Assembly (NCBI GenBank): GCA_964511345.1
Contig: CAZEEV010000004.1
Coordinates: 19,802 to 83,801 of the forward strand
Direction of reading: 5' to 3'
Length of the DNA stretch: 64,000 bases
Source: an uncultured Pseudomonadales bacterium
Lineage (GTDB): Bacteria; Patescibacteriota; Microgenomatia; UBA1400; PJMF01
Shown: positions 18,442-28,242 of the stretch, piece after piece
Layout: each line of letters begins with the position of its first letter
How positions within the stretch are numbered: position 1 is the first letter of the stretch
The notes under the pieces: generated by a model
Database searches by the model: none
What the model saw: only the letters and a program-made list of their open reading frames with translations
Told to the model about the DNA's origin: nothing
Program-made: the position numbers and the translations under genes

Positions 18442-18861
18442 ATGCAAGAATTTGATCAATCAAAAAGTGAAAAACCTAGGTTTTTAGCTCTTCCTCCTTG
18501 GAGTGAAGAAATGGAAAGTGTTTTGCAAATTATTCAAAATTCTTTTCCCATAGATAATCCGCGTTTTGAACATGTTGACTCTAAAGATATTAACAGGGCT
18601 AAAATCCAAATTCATTTAAATGAGACGAATGAATTAGTATTATCTTGTCTAGGTAAAAATGAACTCACAAATTCATTGGTTTTTAAAATATTCATTGCAA
18701 CTAGGGGCACTGATTTTCAAATACATCGATTTAATCAAAATATTCAAGTTCCAATAAATGATGATGGAAGTCCACAGGAGGGAATTTTATTTACAAGAAT
18801 AGGTGCAACGCTTAATGATCTTGTGCGAGATTTTTTCCAAAAAGAAACTCTTCTAAAGTAG
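18442..18861 (+). CDS. Hypothetical protein
   Basis: 139-aa ORF; its stop codon overlaps the 3' end of the tRNA-Met on the opposite strand. Confidence 0.55.
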   Translation: MQEFDQSKSEKPRFLALPPWSEEMESVLQIIQNSFPIDNPRFEHVDSKDINRAKIQIHLNETNELVLSCLGKNELTNSLVFKIFIATRGTDFQIHRFNQNIQVPINDDGSPQEGILFTRIGATLNDLVRDFFQKETLLK

Positions 18862-18932
18862 CGGGACTGAGAGTCGAACTCAGGACCTTCGGTTTATGAA
18901 TCCGATGCTCTAACCAACTGAGCTATCCCGCC
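18859..18932 (-). tRNA. tRNA-Met(CAT), elongator type, CCA not encoded
   Basis: GGCGGGATAGCTCAGTTGGTTAGAGCATCGGATTCATAAACCGAAGGTCCTGAGTTCGACTCTCAGTCCCGCTA; G2-C71, C3-G70 and A73 favour Met over Ile2. Confidence 0.88.
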
Positions 18933-18970
18933 TTACTTTATGGACAACTCTGTATTTTATCGTAGCTTGC

Positions 18971-18999
18971 TTGATAATGCTAGCTTATTTTGTTACAAT
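18971..18999 (+). promoter_or_regulatory. Sigma70-type promoter for the initiator tRNA
   Basis: TTGATA-N17-TACAAT with extended -10 TG. Confidence 0.6.
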
Positions 19000-19011
19000 A
19001 GTTCCCTAACA

Positions 19012-19080
19012 CGCGGGATAGTGTACGGTGCACGTGGGGCTCATAATCCCACAGGCTAGGTTCGACTCCTAGTTCCGCAA
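19012..19080 (+). tRNA. Initiator tRNA-fMet(CAT), compact and atypical, CCA not encoded
   Basis: CGCGGGA acceptor with C1xA72 mismatch, anticodon loop CTCATAA, T-arm CTAGG-TTCGACT-CCTAG. Confidence 0.85.
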
Positions 19081-19086
19081 CATTAT

Positions 19087-19117
19087 AAAAAGATCTGGTA
19101 TTTGCCAGATTTTTTTT
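19087..19117 (+). terminator. Intrinsic terminator after tRNA-fMet
   Basis: ATCTGG-TATTTG-CCAGAT followed by a T run. Confidence 0.7.
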
Positions 19118-19140
19118 ATTGTAATGCTAGAATTAAAAGC

Positions 19141-20202
19141 ATGTTTAAACAAAAGGAAATCTTGCTTCTTATTTCGATTGTTTTAGTTGGTTTCTGTTTT
19201 AGGTTATTTTTGGTTTTAGATTTACCTATTTGGATAGATGAAACTTTTACCTTAAATCACATTAAGTTGTCTCTTCTAGACTTAGTAAGTGGCAAATTTG
19301 ATGCAACACATCCATTTGGTTATTATCTTTTTTTGAAACTTTGGTCCCTGATCTCTAGCAATTTGCTTTGGTTAAGATGCAGCACTTTGATCTTTTATCT
19401 TCTGAATTCCTTTTTATTTTATAAACTTGCAGTTTTAACTAAGCAAAAAAACTTAACCTATCTTTTATTAATTTTATACGCTTTCTCTGGATACTTCATA
19501 GTTTTTGATTGGCAAGCTCGTATGTACACTGGCGTGCTGACTTTAATATTAGTTTCTTGGTACAGTTTCAAAGCACGGAAAAATTTGTTGTTTTCAATAA
19601 TTAATATTTATGGTTTGTATTTTGACTATGCATTTGTGTGGTATTTGATTCCTTTAACTTTATTGATTCTCTACCAAACCTTTAAGAAAATTAAAAATAG
19701 CAAGCTCACCTTAATTTATATTGTTTCTACTTGGTTAGTTTTTGCTCTTTGGATACCAACATTTTTAACAACTTATAAAAATGGTATAGAAGCAATTAAT
19801 TGGACTGCGCGCTTTACGACTCCAACTTTTTTCCTGCCTTATTTTTTGGGTTCACACAATAATATTTTTATTACGATTTTTATTATGTTTTTTAGTTTGT
19901 ATGGAATATTTATTACTTTTCTCAAAGATAAAACTTCTGCTCAGTTTTTTATTAGTGCGAGACTCAGCTCTGGATTTTTAGCTTTTGTTCTTTCTTTTTT
20001 TGTGGGGTCAATTTTCCATGTCAGAAATTTACAAATTGTGGCTTTAATGTTTTTGATTACAATAGCGATTTGTTTAGATTGGCTGTGGAAATGCAAACAT
20101 CGATATTTAGTTTTAATTTTTCTATTAATATATTTTATTAGCTTTTTATTAACGATACGATTACACTATATTTTGCCAAGTTCATTGCTTTTAAAATTTT
20201 AA
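19141..20202 (+). CDS. GT-C fold (ArnT/PMT, GT39/83-like) integral membrane glycosyltransferase
   Basis: WIDE motif, HPFGYYLFLKLW, QARMY, many TM segments; likely ATG at 19141. Confidence 0.75.
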   Translation: MFKQKEILLLISIVLVGFCFRLFLVLDLPIWIDETFTLNHIKLSLLDLVSGKFDATHPFGYYLFLKLWSLISSNLLWLRCSTLIFYLLNSFLFYKLAVLTKQKNLTYLLLILYAFSGYFIVFDWQARMYTGVLTLILVSWYSFKARKNLLFSIINIYGLYFDYAFVWYLIPLTLLILYQTFKKIKNSKLTLIYIVSTWLVFALWIPTFLTTYKNGIEAINWTARFTTPTFFLPYFLGSHNNIFITIFIMFFSLYGIFITFLKDKTSAQFFISARLSSGFLAFVLSFFVGSIFHVRNLQIVALMFLITIAICLDWLWKCKHRYLVLIFLLIYFISFLLTIRLHYILPSSLLLKF

Positions 20203-20304
20203 AAATAGTATTGAATTGAATTTAGCAAAATATTAGTTTTTTTTAAAATAGCAACATTTTCAATTTAGGATTATAATGAAATAAATTCATATCGAAAGGA
20301 GAAT

Positions 20305-20523
20305 ATGAGTGAATTGTTTCCAGATAGTCCAAGTAGTCAACAAAACTCCCCACTTATTAATCCTGATCTGAAGACACCTAACAGTTTGGCTCATCTAACC
20401 AACGCCTTAAGAAAAACAATGGAGCTTGCTAACAGTAGTGTCGCAGAAAAGTCTCAAGAAGGCGCAGTAGATGACAGCACAAATAACGATTCTGCAAGCA
20501 CTGATATATCTGAAAATAAATAG
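20305..20523 (+). CDS. Small acidic/Ser-rich hypothetical protein
   Basis: AAGGAG SD and upstream TATAAT. Confidence 0.55.
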   Translation: MSELFPDSPSSQQNSPLINPDLKTPNSLAHLTNALRKTMELANSSVAEKSQEGAVDDSTNNDSASTDISENK

Positions 20524-20600
20524 TTTTTGACAAATTGACTTAAACCGTTATTTTAAAACGAAAGTCTTAATAATTGGGTATCGGTAAGGAGAAAAATGTT

Positions 20601-20909
20601 ATGACAGAAATGCCACCAAAATTGCAAGAAACAGAAGTTTTTACTAAAGAAGTAGTTATTACTCTGTCGACTCCGCCCAGTAAGATCAAAGCTTTATTAC
20701 CAGCTCTGTATCGTATTTTTGGTACTATTCCCATTTCCAATTCAGAAGATACGAAAATTACTTATTATTTAACTGGCAATGCGGTCAAGATTGATGACGA
20801 TTTAATTAGACAATATATTACGGCTACTATTGGTGCGCATGTGATTGATGTGAAAATTGGTGAGAAAAAAGCCGAACCAAGACCTAATTTATTTAGTGTC
20901 TATAAATAG
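20601..20909 (+). CDS. Hypothetical protein
   Basis: AAGGAG SD before ATG 20601. Confidence 0.55.
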   Translation: MTEMPPKLQETEVFTKEVVITLSTPPSKIKALLPALYRIFGTIPISNSEDTKITYYLTGNAVKIDDDLIRQYITATIGAHVIDVKIGEKKAEPRPNLFSVYK

Positions 20910-21272
20910 ATTTTTCCACTCGTTAATTGGTTGATTTTGCTTGATTGTGGTATTTTTGTCGAGCTGGCTATTGAAGCTTTCTTCATCTGGAATTTGCAAA
21001 ATAATATCATTTTCTTTTTTTAGTAAGAGTTCATTACGCTTGATTTTTTCCAAACTAACTTCAGCTTGATTTTCATTCATTTTTTTTTGTTCTTTCAGCA
21101 ATTCTTTTTCAGTCTCTGCAACACTTTTCTCTAGTTTTTCAATACTTTCTTTAGAAATTAGAGCTTGTTTGCTGCTTTTTTGGAGAGAGAAGATGCTAAT
21201 CAGGCTCACAATAGTCACAATTACCACAAAAAATGGGTGACTCAATATTTTTTGCAATTGTTTTTTATCCAT
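20889..21272 (-). CDS. Septum formation initiator (DivIC/FtsB-like)
   Basis: TM, coiled coil, then EKIKRNELLLKKENDIIL (compare E+IARxxLGxxKPGE). Confidence 0.65.
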   Translation of the reverse strand: MDKKQLQKILSHPFFVVIVTIVSLISIFSLQKSSKQALISKESIEKLEKSVAETEKELLKEQKKMNENQAEVSLEKIKRNELLLKKENDIILQIPDEESFNSQLDKNTTIKQNQPINEWKNLFIDTK

Positions 21273-21385
21273 TTTGATACTTTTATAAATCAATGGCGCT
21301 TGTTTATAAACCTAGTTTATGATATTATAAGACCTTATTATTCGAGAAAAACAAACTTATTCTGTCCTAATAGGTTAGATCAATT

Positions 21386-22252
21386 ATGCACACAAATTTA
21401 CTTGACGCGCAAGCAAAGTTTACTGAGAGCTTAAGAGCTAATGGCAAAGCTCATGCGACTGTAATTGCTTATGGAAAAGATATCGAGCAATTGGCAGATT
21501 TTTTAAGTAAAAGATCAAAGAATTTATTATCTGAAGTAGTGGCAGAAGATTTAGAAGATTTTAAAGAATTGCTTAAAAAGCAAAGATACACCAGTAAATC
21601 TATTTCCAGAAAAATTAATTCAATTAAAGCTTTCTTTCGCTTTTGCATTAGTGAAGGTTTGGTCGAAGGCAATCCTACCGAGGATATTAGTCAGCCTAAA
21701 TTTGACCAAACTCCTCCTAGAATTTTATCTCGTTTAGAATATCGTGCCTTGCGTGATTCCTGTCGTGCTGATGCTCGTATGCATGCGATCGTAGAAATTT
21801 TATTGCAGACTGGTATGCGTATCAGCGAATTGGCTTACTTACAAATGACTGATATCGATTTGGAAAGAGAGTTAATTTACATTCAGGCTCAAAATTCCAG
21901 AGAAGCCCGTCGCATTCCTCTCAATACTGCTGCTAAAAAAGCTATTTTGGATTATTTAAGACTTCGTCCACGAGCTAAAGAAAAAACTTTGTTTTTAACT
22001 AAAACATGCCGACCATTTTTAGTGCGTAATATTCGTACTGCTATCGATCGTTATTTCCGTTTAGCTGGTATTAAAGATGCCAAGGTTAATGATTTGCGCC
22101 ACACTTTTATCGTTGAGCAACTCAAAGCTGGTACTCCTTTGGTTTATGTTTCCCAATTAGTGGGGCATAAACGCATTACCACCACTGAAAAATATCTTCA
22201 TTTAATTGAGGCTCCAGAAATGCAGCCGAATATTAAAATTGAAGAGCTTTAA
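21386..22252 (+). CDS. XerC/XerD-family tyrosine recombinase with altered catalytic motifs
   Basis: SAM-like N-domain (TVIAYGKDI, SISRKINSIKAFFRF), TGMRISE, NDLRHTF, LVGH, TTEKY. Confidence 0.88.
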   Translation: MHTNLLDAQAKFTESLRANGKAHATVIAYGKDIEQLADFLSKRSKNLLSEVVAEDLEDFKELLKKQRYTSKSISRKINSIKAFFRFCISEGLVEGNPTEDISQPKFDQTPPRILSRLEYRALRDSCRADARMHAIVEILLQTGMRISELAYLQMTDIDLERELIYIQAQNSREARRIPLNTAAKKAILDYLRLRPRAKEKTLFLTKTCRPFLVRNIRTAIDRYFRLAGIKDAKVNDLRHTFIVEQLKAGTPLVYVSQLVGHKRITTTEKYLHLIEAPEMQPNIKIEEL

Positions 22253-22253
22253 A

Positions 22254-23306
22254 TCAAGCTTGATGGTAAATAGCCATCAATTCTTCTAAGCTGTGGCCTT
22301 TTTCAACTGCCACATAAATACTTGAATAAGGCACGATATCGTCGAAACTATAGCCCAATTCTTTTAATTGTTTAATCGAAATTTCAGTGAGAGGTGGTTT
22401 GTTTTTTGTCCAACCTAAAGCCTTAGTTTGTTCTTGCCATACAGCTTTGGCCTGATATTTGCCATAAATATTGGCAGTGAAATCTCCGCCCAAGCAGATG
22501 CGATTATAATTTTCTCCGTACACCAGTTTTAATAATTTTTGATCTCGAAGATCGTGATGATTCTGAGGGAAAAAACAATCATATTCGTTAATTGGATTGA
22601 CCGATAATAATTCATGAAAAACAAAAAACTCACTTTTTAGTTGAAAATTATTTTTACAATTTTGAATAATCCTTTGGATGCCTTGTTTTGTGGCAAAAGT
22701 AGAGATAATGGTAATTTTTTTTAGATTTGGAAATAATTTTTTTAGTTCGGCTATCGCTGTAATTAGATTTCTTCCAGCGGCAATAGAATCGGTTAGGATT
22801 ACGTGCTTCACTTGTTTCTTAATTCTGTTGGCAGTAACTTTGTTTTTAGGAATATCCAGACGATAATAACTAAGTTCACTGCTTTTACCCTTAATACCAT
22901 TTTTATCTTCAATGTGATGAGCATCTAAGATCATGTACAGTGTGCTATTGATGTTGGCCAAAGAAGCATTTAAAAAAGGATTTTGAGCAATTGGCTCACG
23001 TAATAACATAGCTCCAACTGTTTCGCCTCGGTGTTGGAATTCTTCGATAGACCGTTTAAATTCTGGACTCAACATTAAGAGATGAGTAGTAATATCTAAA
23101 TCTAGATTGCGCAAACCATTGAAATGTAAGCGACCAAGACGAAAATTGAATTGCTGATTTTCATATTTTAAACTTCCGATAACTAAAGCTCTAGTTTCAG
23201 CTGTTTTGAAAAGATGGATTTTACTGGAGTTAATGGTGAGTGAGTGATATTGATAAAAATTGTTTAAACGGGGATAAGTACGAGGAGAAAAAAGAGTTTT
23301 GCTCAT
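22254..23306 (-). CDS. Type I phosphoribosyltransferase-fold protein, distantly UPRTase-like
   Basis: VILTDSIAAGRNL PRPP-loop-like motif, MLLRE, C-terminal LGGDF. Confidence 0.5.
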   Translation of the reverse strand: MSKTLFSPRTYPRLNNFYQYHSLTINSSKIHLFKTAETRALVIGSLKYENQQFNFRLGRLHFNGLRNLDLDITTHLLMLSPEFKRSIEEFQHRGETVGAMLLREPIAQNPFLNASLANINSTLYMILDAHHIEDKNGIKGKSSELSYYRLDIPKNKVTANRIKKQVKHVILTDSIAAGRNLITAIAELKKLFPNLKKITIISTFATKQGIQRIIQNCKNNFQLKSEFFVFHELLSVNPINEYDCFFPQNHHDLRDQKLLKLVYGENYNRICLGGDFTANIYGKYQAKAVWQEQTKALGWTKNKPPLTEISIKQLKELGYSFDDIVPYSSIYVAVEKGHSLEELMAIYHQA

Positions 23307-23426
23307 AACAAATCGAAGCTTTCAATTAGCTAGATTTTGGCTTTTTACCTAGGGTTTTGTCAACTAGAAAAATAAAACTATTAATTTATATCTGCTGTGC
23401 TAAGATATTCTCTAGAGGAGATCTGT

Positions 23427-24548
23427 ATGTCTATGTCCAAAATTAATCTAGCTTTAATTTGTGGTGGCAAATCTGTAGAGCATGAGGTGTCTTTGATTTC
23501 AGCAAAAAATGTTATTGCTGCCTTGGACTTTTCAAAGTATGACTTGTCTCTGTTTGCAGTAGCCAAAGATGGTTCATTTCGTTTTTATGAGAATCATGAG
23601 GATTTTCTAAATAATGAAAATGATCCAGATATTGTTTCGCTCAAAGAAACTGGTTTTGTAAATGTTTCTTGGAGCGTCATTGCCGGTGTTGGTCAAGCAG
23701 TTTTACCAAGTGGTAATAAAAAGCTTGACGTAGTTTTTCCAATTATGCACGGTTCTTTTGCTGAAGATGGCAAAATGCAAGGTTTCTTAGAAATGCTTAA
23801 TTTGCCCTATGTTGGCCCAGATGTTTTAGGTTCAGCGATTGCTATGGATAAAGAAATCACTAAGAAATTAGTCGAAATGCATGACATCAAAATTGCTAAA
23901 TATTTATCTTTTAGTACGCTTTCCAAAAATGAGATTAATTTCACTAAAGTTAAAGAAGAATTGGGTTTACCAATTTTTGTTAAACCAGCTAACTCTGGTT
24001 CTTCAGTAGGGATTAATAAAGTAGACAATGAAGCAGATTTTATTCAAGCTATTAATGAAGCATTTTCGGTTGACCATAAGATTATTATTGAAACAGCTAT
24101 CATTGGCAGAGAACTGGAATGCTCTGTACTTGGTAATAGAGATCATCTAACAGCCGGGGAAGTTGGTGAAATTATTCCAAGCGCCAAACATGGCTTCTAT
24201 TCTTATGATGCTAAATATCTTGATGAGTCAGGCGCAGCTTTATTGATTCCAGCACAGTTGGAATCGGCTAAGAAGAAAGAAATTCAAGAAATCGCCAAGA
24301 AAATTTTCTTAACTTGTCAGTGTGAGGGGATGTCTAGAGTAGATTTCTTTATGACTGAAAATGGTGAAGTCATATTTAACGAAATCAATACTATTCCAGG
24401 ATTTACCAAAATCAGTATGTATCCAAAATTGATTATGCATGAAACAGGTATGACTTATAGTGCTTTAATAGATAATTTAATTGCTTTGGCCATCGCTCGC
24501 TACACCAGAAATTCTCGACTATTCTTTGAGAAAAAAATGGTAGAATAA
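23427..24548 (+). CDS. ddl: D-alanine--D-alanine ligase
   Basis: GGKSVEHEVS, HGSFAEDG, VKPANSGSSVG, YSYDAKY (Tyr omega loop, D-Ala type), NEINTIPG; AGAGGAG SD. Confidence 0.96.
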   Translation: MSMSKINLALICGGKSVEHEVSLISAKNVIAALDFSKYDLSLFAVAKDGSFRFYENHEDFLNNENDPDIVSLKETGFVNVSWSVIAGVGQAVLPSGNKKLDVVFPIMHGSFAEDGKMQGFLEMLNLPYVGPDVLGSAIAMDKEITKKLVEMHDIKIAKYLSFSTLSKNEINFTKVKEELGLPIFVKPANSGSSVGINKVDNEADFIQAINEAFSVDHKIIIETAIIGRELECSVLGNRDHLTAGEVGEIIPSAKHGFYSYDAKYLDESGAALLIPAQLESAKKKEIQEIAKKIFLTCQCEGMSRVDFFMTENGEVIFNEINTIPGFTKISMYPKLIMHETGMTYSALIDNLIALAIARYTRNSRLFFEKKMVE

Positions 24549-24556
24549 GACCTCTT

Positions 24557-24892
24557 ATGGCTGAAACTATTCAATTTAATGATTTTTTAAAAGTTGAGAT
24601 GCGTGTCGGCATGGTGATAAAAGTGAACGTGCCAGAATGGAGCGAAAAACTCTTGGAATTTAAAGTGAATTTTGGTTCAGAAATTGGTGAAAAAACAATT
24701 TTCTCCGGAGTAAAAAAATGGTATAGTGAGGCAGATTTTTTGAATAAAAAATTTCCATTCGTAGTTAATTTAGCCGAGCGCAAAATGGGTCCTGCCATTA
24801 GTCAGGGTATGATGATGGTGGTAGATAGTCAAGACAAGCCACTTTTAATTAATTTAGATGACCAAGCCGAACTTGGCGCAATCTTGTGCTAA
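24557..24892 (+). CDS. Stand-alone tRNA-binding OB-fold protein (Trbp111/MetG C-terminal/CsaA-like)
   Basis: FNDFLKVEMRVG, EKLL, VVNLAERKM, SQGMM. Confidence 0.85.
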   Translation: MAETIQFNDFLKVEMRVGMVIKVNVPEWSEKLLEFKVNFGSEIGEKTIFSGVKKWYSEADFLNKKFPFVVNLAERKMGPAISQGMMMVVDSQDKPLLINLDDQAELGAILC

Positions 24893-24929
24893 ACTAAGCA
24901 TGAATATTTGCAACAGAAAGTTTTAATCT

Positions 24930-26870
24930 ATGAATGATAAAAAAGCTGAGTCAAAAGCTCCTCAACAAAATCCAAGTACTCCTCCGGCTTCTAAACAAAA
25001 TCCAAGTCAACCTAGTAAAGCCAATGGTCCATATAAAAGAGTTGAGTTGAGAATTAATTTAAATAAATTCTTTAATAAAACCTTGATTTATCTGATTATT
25101 TTATTTTTATTTGTACCTTCTTTGTTAGGTGCTTTTGGGGCTAACAAAGGTCGTGAGCAAATTACCATGAGCCAAATGGTTAATGACATCCGCAGCGAAA
25201 AAGTAAGCAAAATGGAAGTTTATGGTCAAGAGTTGCGCCTCACTTATAAAGATGAATCGAAGAAAGTGGCTAAAAAAGAAGAGGGTCAACAAGCATTACA
25301 AGTACTTACTGCTGCTGGCATAGATCTAGCTAGTGTTGATACAGAAATTCATGATGCAACTTTTCTGCAAATGCTGTGGGAATTAGTGATTAATTTCTTA
25401 CCAATCATTTTGATGTTCGTATTTTTAATGATCGTTTTTAGACAAGCTCGTGGTGGTACAGATGCAATGTTTGGCATGGGCAAAAGTAAAGCCAAAGTTT
25501 TTGTCAAAGGCAAGCAAAATATTTCTTTCAAAGATGTGGGTGGCATGAATGAAGCTAAGAAAGAATTAGAAGAAATTGTTGATTTTTTGAAACATCCAAA
25601 AAAATATACTAAAGTTGGCGCTCGTACTCCCAAAGGTGTTTTGTTAGTTGGTCCGGCTGGTACAGGTAAGACTTTATTGGCAAGAGCAGTAGCCGGTGAA
25701 GCTGGTGTACAGTTTCTTTCTATTGCTGGCAGTGAATTTATGGAAATGTTAGTTGGTGTTGGAGCTTCTCGTGTTAGAGATTTATTTGATACAGCCAAAA
25801 AGATTGCTCCATCCATTATTTTTATTGATGAAATCGATGCTATCGGTCGTATGAGAGGACGCAATAGTATGTCATCTCATGATGAACGTGAACAGACTTT
25901 GAATCAAATTTTAGTTGAAATGGATGGCTTTACACAGAATGATAATGTCATTGTAATGGCTGCTACTAATCGTGGGGATATGCTTGATCCAGCTTTAGTG
26001 CGTCCAGGTCGTTTTGATCGTCGTGTCCAAGTCAATTTACCTGATTTAGAAGAACGTAAATTTATCTTGAACATCCATGCTCGAAATAAGACTTTTACCA
26101 AGGGTTTAGATTGGGTCAAAGTTGCTAAACGTACGGTAGGTTTTTCTGGAGCTGATCTTGAAAATATGCTCAATGAAGCAGCAATCGCGATTGCCAGAGA
26201 AAGTCGCGAAGAAATTACCTTAGAAGACATTGAGGAAGCGTCTCTCAAGGTTAAATATGGTCCAAGTAAAAAGCGTTTGCAAGACGATGAAGAAAAGAAA
26301 ATGACTGCTTATCATGAGGCTGGCCACGCTGTTTTGGCTCATGTTTTACCTTATGCTGATCCAGTACATCGTATTTCAATTGTTTCCAGAGGTCAGGCTT
26401 TGGGCTATACCTTCACTCCTCCAGAAAAAGATAAATTGCAAATTCTTAAGTCCGAATTACTTGATGATATGACCGTGATGCTTGGTGGCAGAGCCGCTGA
26501 AATGTTAGTTTTCAATGAGCAGACGGCTGGTGCCAGCAATGATATTGATCGTGTAACTAGAATTGCTCGCAGTATGGTCGTGCGTTTTGGAATGAGTAAA
26601 TTAGGTCCAATGAATTTCGGTCCTCAATATGAAGGTGAGGATTACAGCCGAGCTTGGGGTGAAGCAGATCGACCCTCAACTAAGGTTTTAGAAAAAGTGG
26701 ATGAAGAAATGATAAATTATGTCAGCGAGGCGGAGAAAAGAGCTATGGACTTGTTAACTAAGTATCGCAAAAACTTAGACAAAATTGCTGAAAATTTGTT
26801 GGAAAAAGAAACTTTAGATGCAGATGAATTTGCCAAACTCATGGACATGCCAAAAGCTAAAGCTATATAA
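24930..26870 (+). CDS. ftsH: ATP-dependent zinc metalloprotease FtsH
   Basis: Two TMs, [25 protein letters not shown]. Confidence 0.98.
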   Translation: MNDKKAESKAPQQNPSTPPASKQNPSQPSKANGPYKRVELRINLNKFFNKTLIYLIILFLFVPSLLGAFGANKGREQITMSQMVNDIRSEKVSKMEVYGQELRLTYKDESKKVAKKEEGQQALQVLTAAGIDLASVDTEIHDATFLQMLWELVINFLPIILMFVFLMIVFRQARGGTDAMFGMGKSKAKVFVKGKQNISFKDVGGMNEAKKELEEIVDFLKHPKKYTKVGARTPKGVLLVGPAGTGKTLLARAVAGEAGVQFLSIAGSEFMEMLVGVGASRVRDLFDTAKKIAPSIIFIDEIDAIGRMRGRNSMSSHDEREQTLNQILVEMDGFTQNDNVIVMAATNRGDMLDPALVRPGRFDRRVQVNLPDLEERKFILNIHARNKTFTKGLDWVKVAKRTVGFSGADLENMLNEAAIAIARESREEITLEDIEEASLKVKYGPSKKRLQDDEEKKMTAYHEAGHAVLAHVLPYADPVHRISIVSRGQALGYTFTPPEKDKLQILKSELLDDMTVMLGGRAAEMLVFNEQTAGASNDIDRVTRIARSMVVRFGMSKLGPMNFGPQYEGEDYSRAWGEADRPSTKVLEKVDEEMINYVSEAEKRAMDLLTKYRKNLDKIAENLLEKETLDADEFAKLMDMPKAKAI

Positions 26871-26873
26871 TAG

Positions 26874-27305
26874 TTGATTGTGAGAAACATCCTTATTCAA
26901 TTATTTAAGCAACGCACTTTGCGCAAGATTTTGGCTTCCTTGTTTTTTCTTTCTATTTCTTTGGCAATTTTAGTGGTTCCTTTAGAGATTGGTAAACCGG
27001 GAGCAAAAATCAACAATTTGGGAGATTCTATCTGGTGGGCAGTTTCAACGATTACTTCAGTTGGCTATGGTGATGTGGTGCCAATAACCTTTTCAGGTCG
27101 TGTTCTTGGTATGCTCTTACAAATAATTGGAGTAGTAATGACGAGCAGTGTAATTGGTAGTTTGGTGGTGCAATTACACCGCAAACGAGATAACTACGAA
27201 TGGGAAAAAATTTCTCAGAAATTAGACAAAATAAACGAAGATTTAGAAGAGACTAAAAAAAAGACTGATTTTATTATTTTGTGTAATGGAGAAAAGAAAA
27301 AGTAA
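26874..27305 (+). CDS. Two-TM potassium channel (KcsA-like)
   Basis: WWAVSTITSVGYGD selectivity filter. Confidence 0.9.
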   Translation: MIVRNILIQLFKQRTLRKILASLFFLSISLAILVVPLEIGKPGAKINNLGDSIWWAVSTITSVGYGDVVPITFSGRVLGMLLQIIGVVMTSSVIGSLVVQLHRKRDNYEWEKISQKLDKINEDLEETKKKTDFIILCNGEKKK

Positions 27306-27308
27306 TTT

Positions 27309-28238
27309 ATGTCTCGTAAAAAATTTCTTTTAGTTGATGCTCACGCCTTAATCTATCGTGCCTATTACGCTATTCCAAATTTGACTGATCCAGACGGCCA
27401 TTTAGTTAATGCAGTTTATGGTTTTAGTAAGATGGTGCTTAATGCCATTAGTTACTTTGAACCAGAATATGCTGCAGTTTGTTTTGACCATCCAAAGCCA
27501 ACCTTTCGTCATAAGAAATTTGATGGCTACAAAGCTCAAAGAGCTAAAATGCCAGATGATTTAATTCCGCAAATTCAGATTGTTAAAGATGTAGTAGAAG
27601 CACTGGGCATTCCTAAATTTGAGATTGAGGGTTTTGAAGCCGATGATTTAATTGGCACAGTTAACTGCATGGTTGAAGCAATGGATCGTCAATTATTAAC
27701 AGTAATAGTTACTGGTGACCAAGATGCCTTTCAATTAGTTGATAATGACACACACATTTGGATGCCAGCGCGTGGTAAACAAAAAGGTGATATTGAATAT
27801 GATAGCGTTTTGGTAGAAAAGAAACTTGGTATTACACCCAAGCAAGTGATCGATCTGAAGGCTCTAATGGGTGATAATTCTGACAATATTCCTGGTGTAA
27901 GAGGTATTGGTCCAAAAACGGCCGCCACTTTGATTCAGGAATTTGGTGCAATTGAAAAAATTTATGATTTTTTGGAAAAAAATCCAGAGGGGAATAAATT
28001 GATCAAAGGAGCTTTGCTATCAAAATTAATTGATGGTAAACAGTTAGCTTTTCTCAGTAAAGAATTAGCGACTATTGAGTGTGAAGCGCCGATCGATTTT
28101 AATCTCGAAAATTGTCGAGTGACCGCTTATGATAAAAATAGGGTAATTGAAATTTTTAAAACTTTAAATTTTAAATCTTTAATAAATGCTTTACCCAAAG
28201 ATGCTTTTGAAACTTCAGTTCAGGAGGCTTTATTTTAA
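27309..28238 (+). CDS. Stand-alone 5'-3' exonuclease/flap endonuclease (PolA N-terminal domain)
   Basis: LVDAHALIYRAYY, YKAQR, EADDLIG, TGDQD, GDNSDNIPGVRGIGPKTA; stops before any polymerase domain. Confidence 0.92.
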   Translation: MSRKKFLLVDAHALIYRAYYAIPNLTDPDGHLVNAVYGFSKMVLNAISYFEPEYAAVCFDHPKPTFRHKKFDGYKAQRAKMPDDLIPQIQIVKDVVEALGIPKFEIEGFEADDLIGTVNCMVEAMDRQLLTVIVTGDQDAFQLVDNDTHIWMPARGKQKGDIEYDSVLVEKKLGITPKQVIDLKALMGDNSDNIPGVRGIGPKTAATLIQEFGAIEKIYDFLEKNPEGNKLIKGALLSKLIDGKQLAFLSKELATIECEAPIDFNLENCRVTAYDKNRVIEIFKTLNFKSLINALPKDAFETSVQEALF

Positions 28239-28242
28239 TTAT

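Noticed and set aside
23427-24548. Possible VanA-type D-Ala-D-Lac ligase
   Set aside because: The omega loop has Tyr (YSYDAKY) and no van cluster genes are adjacent.
24960-25015. Short repeat CAAAATCCAAGT twice in the ftsH 5' end
   Set aside because: Encodes a disordered QNPS linker; ordinary low complexity.
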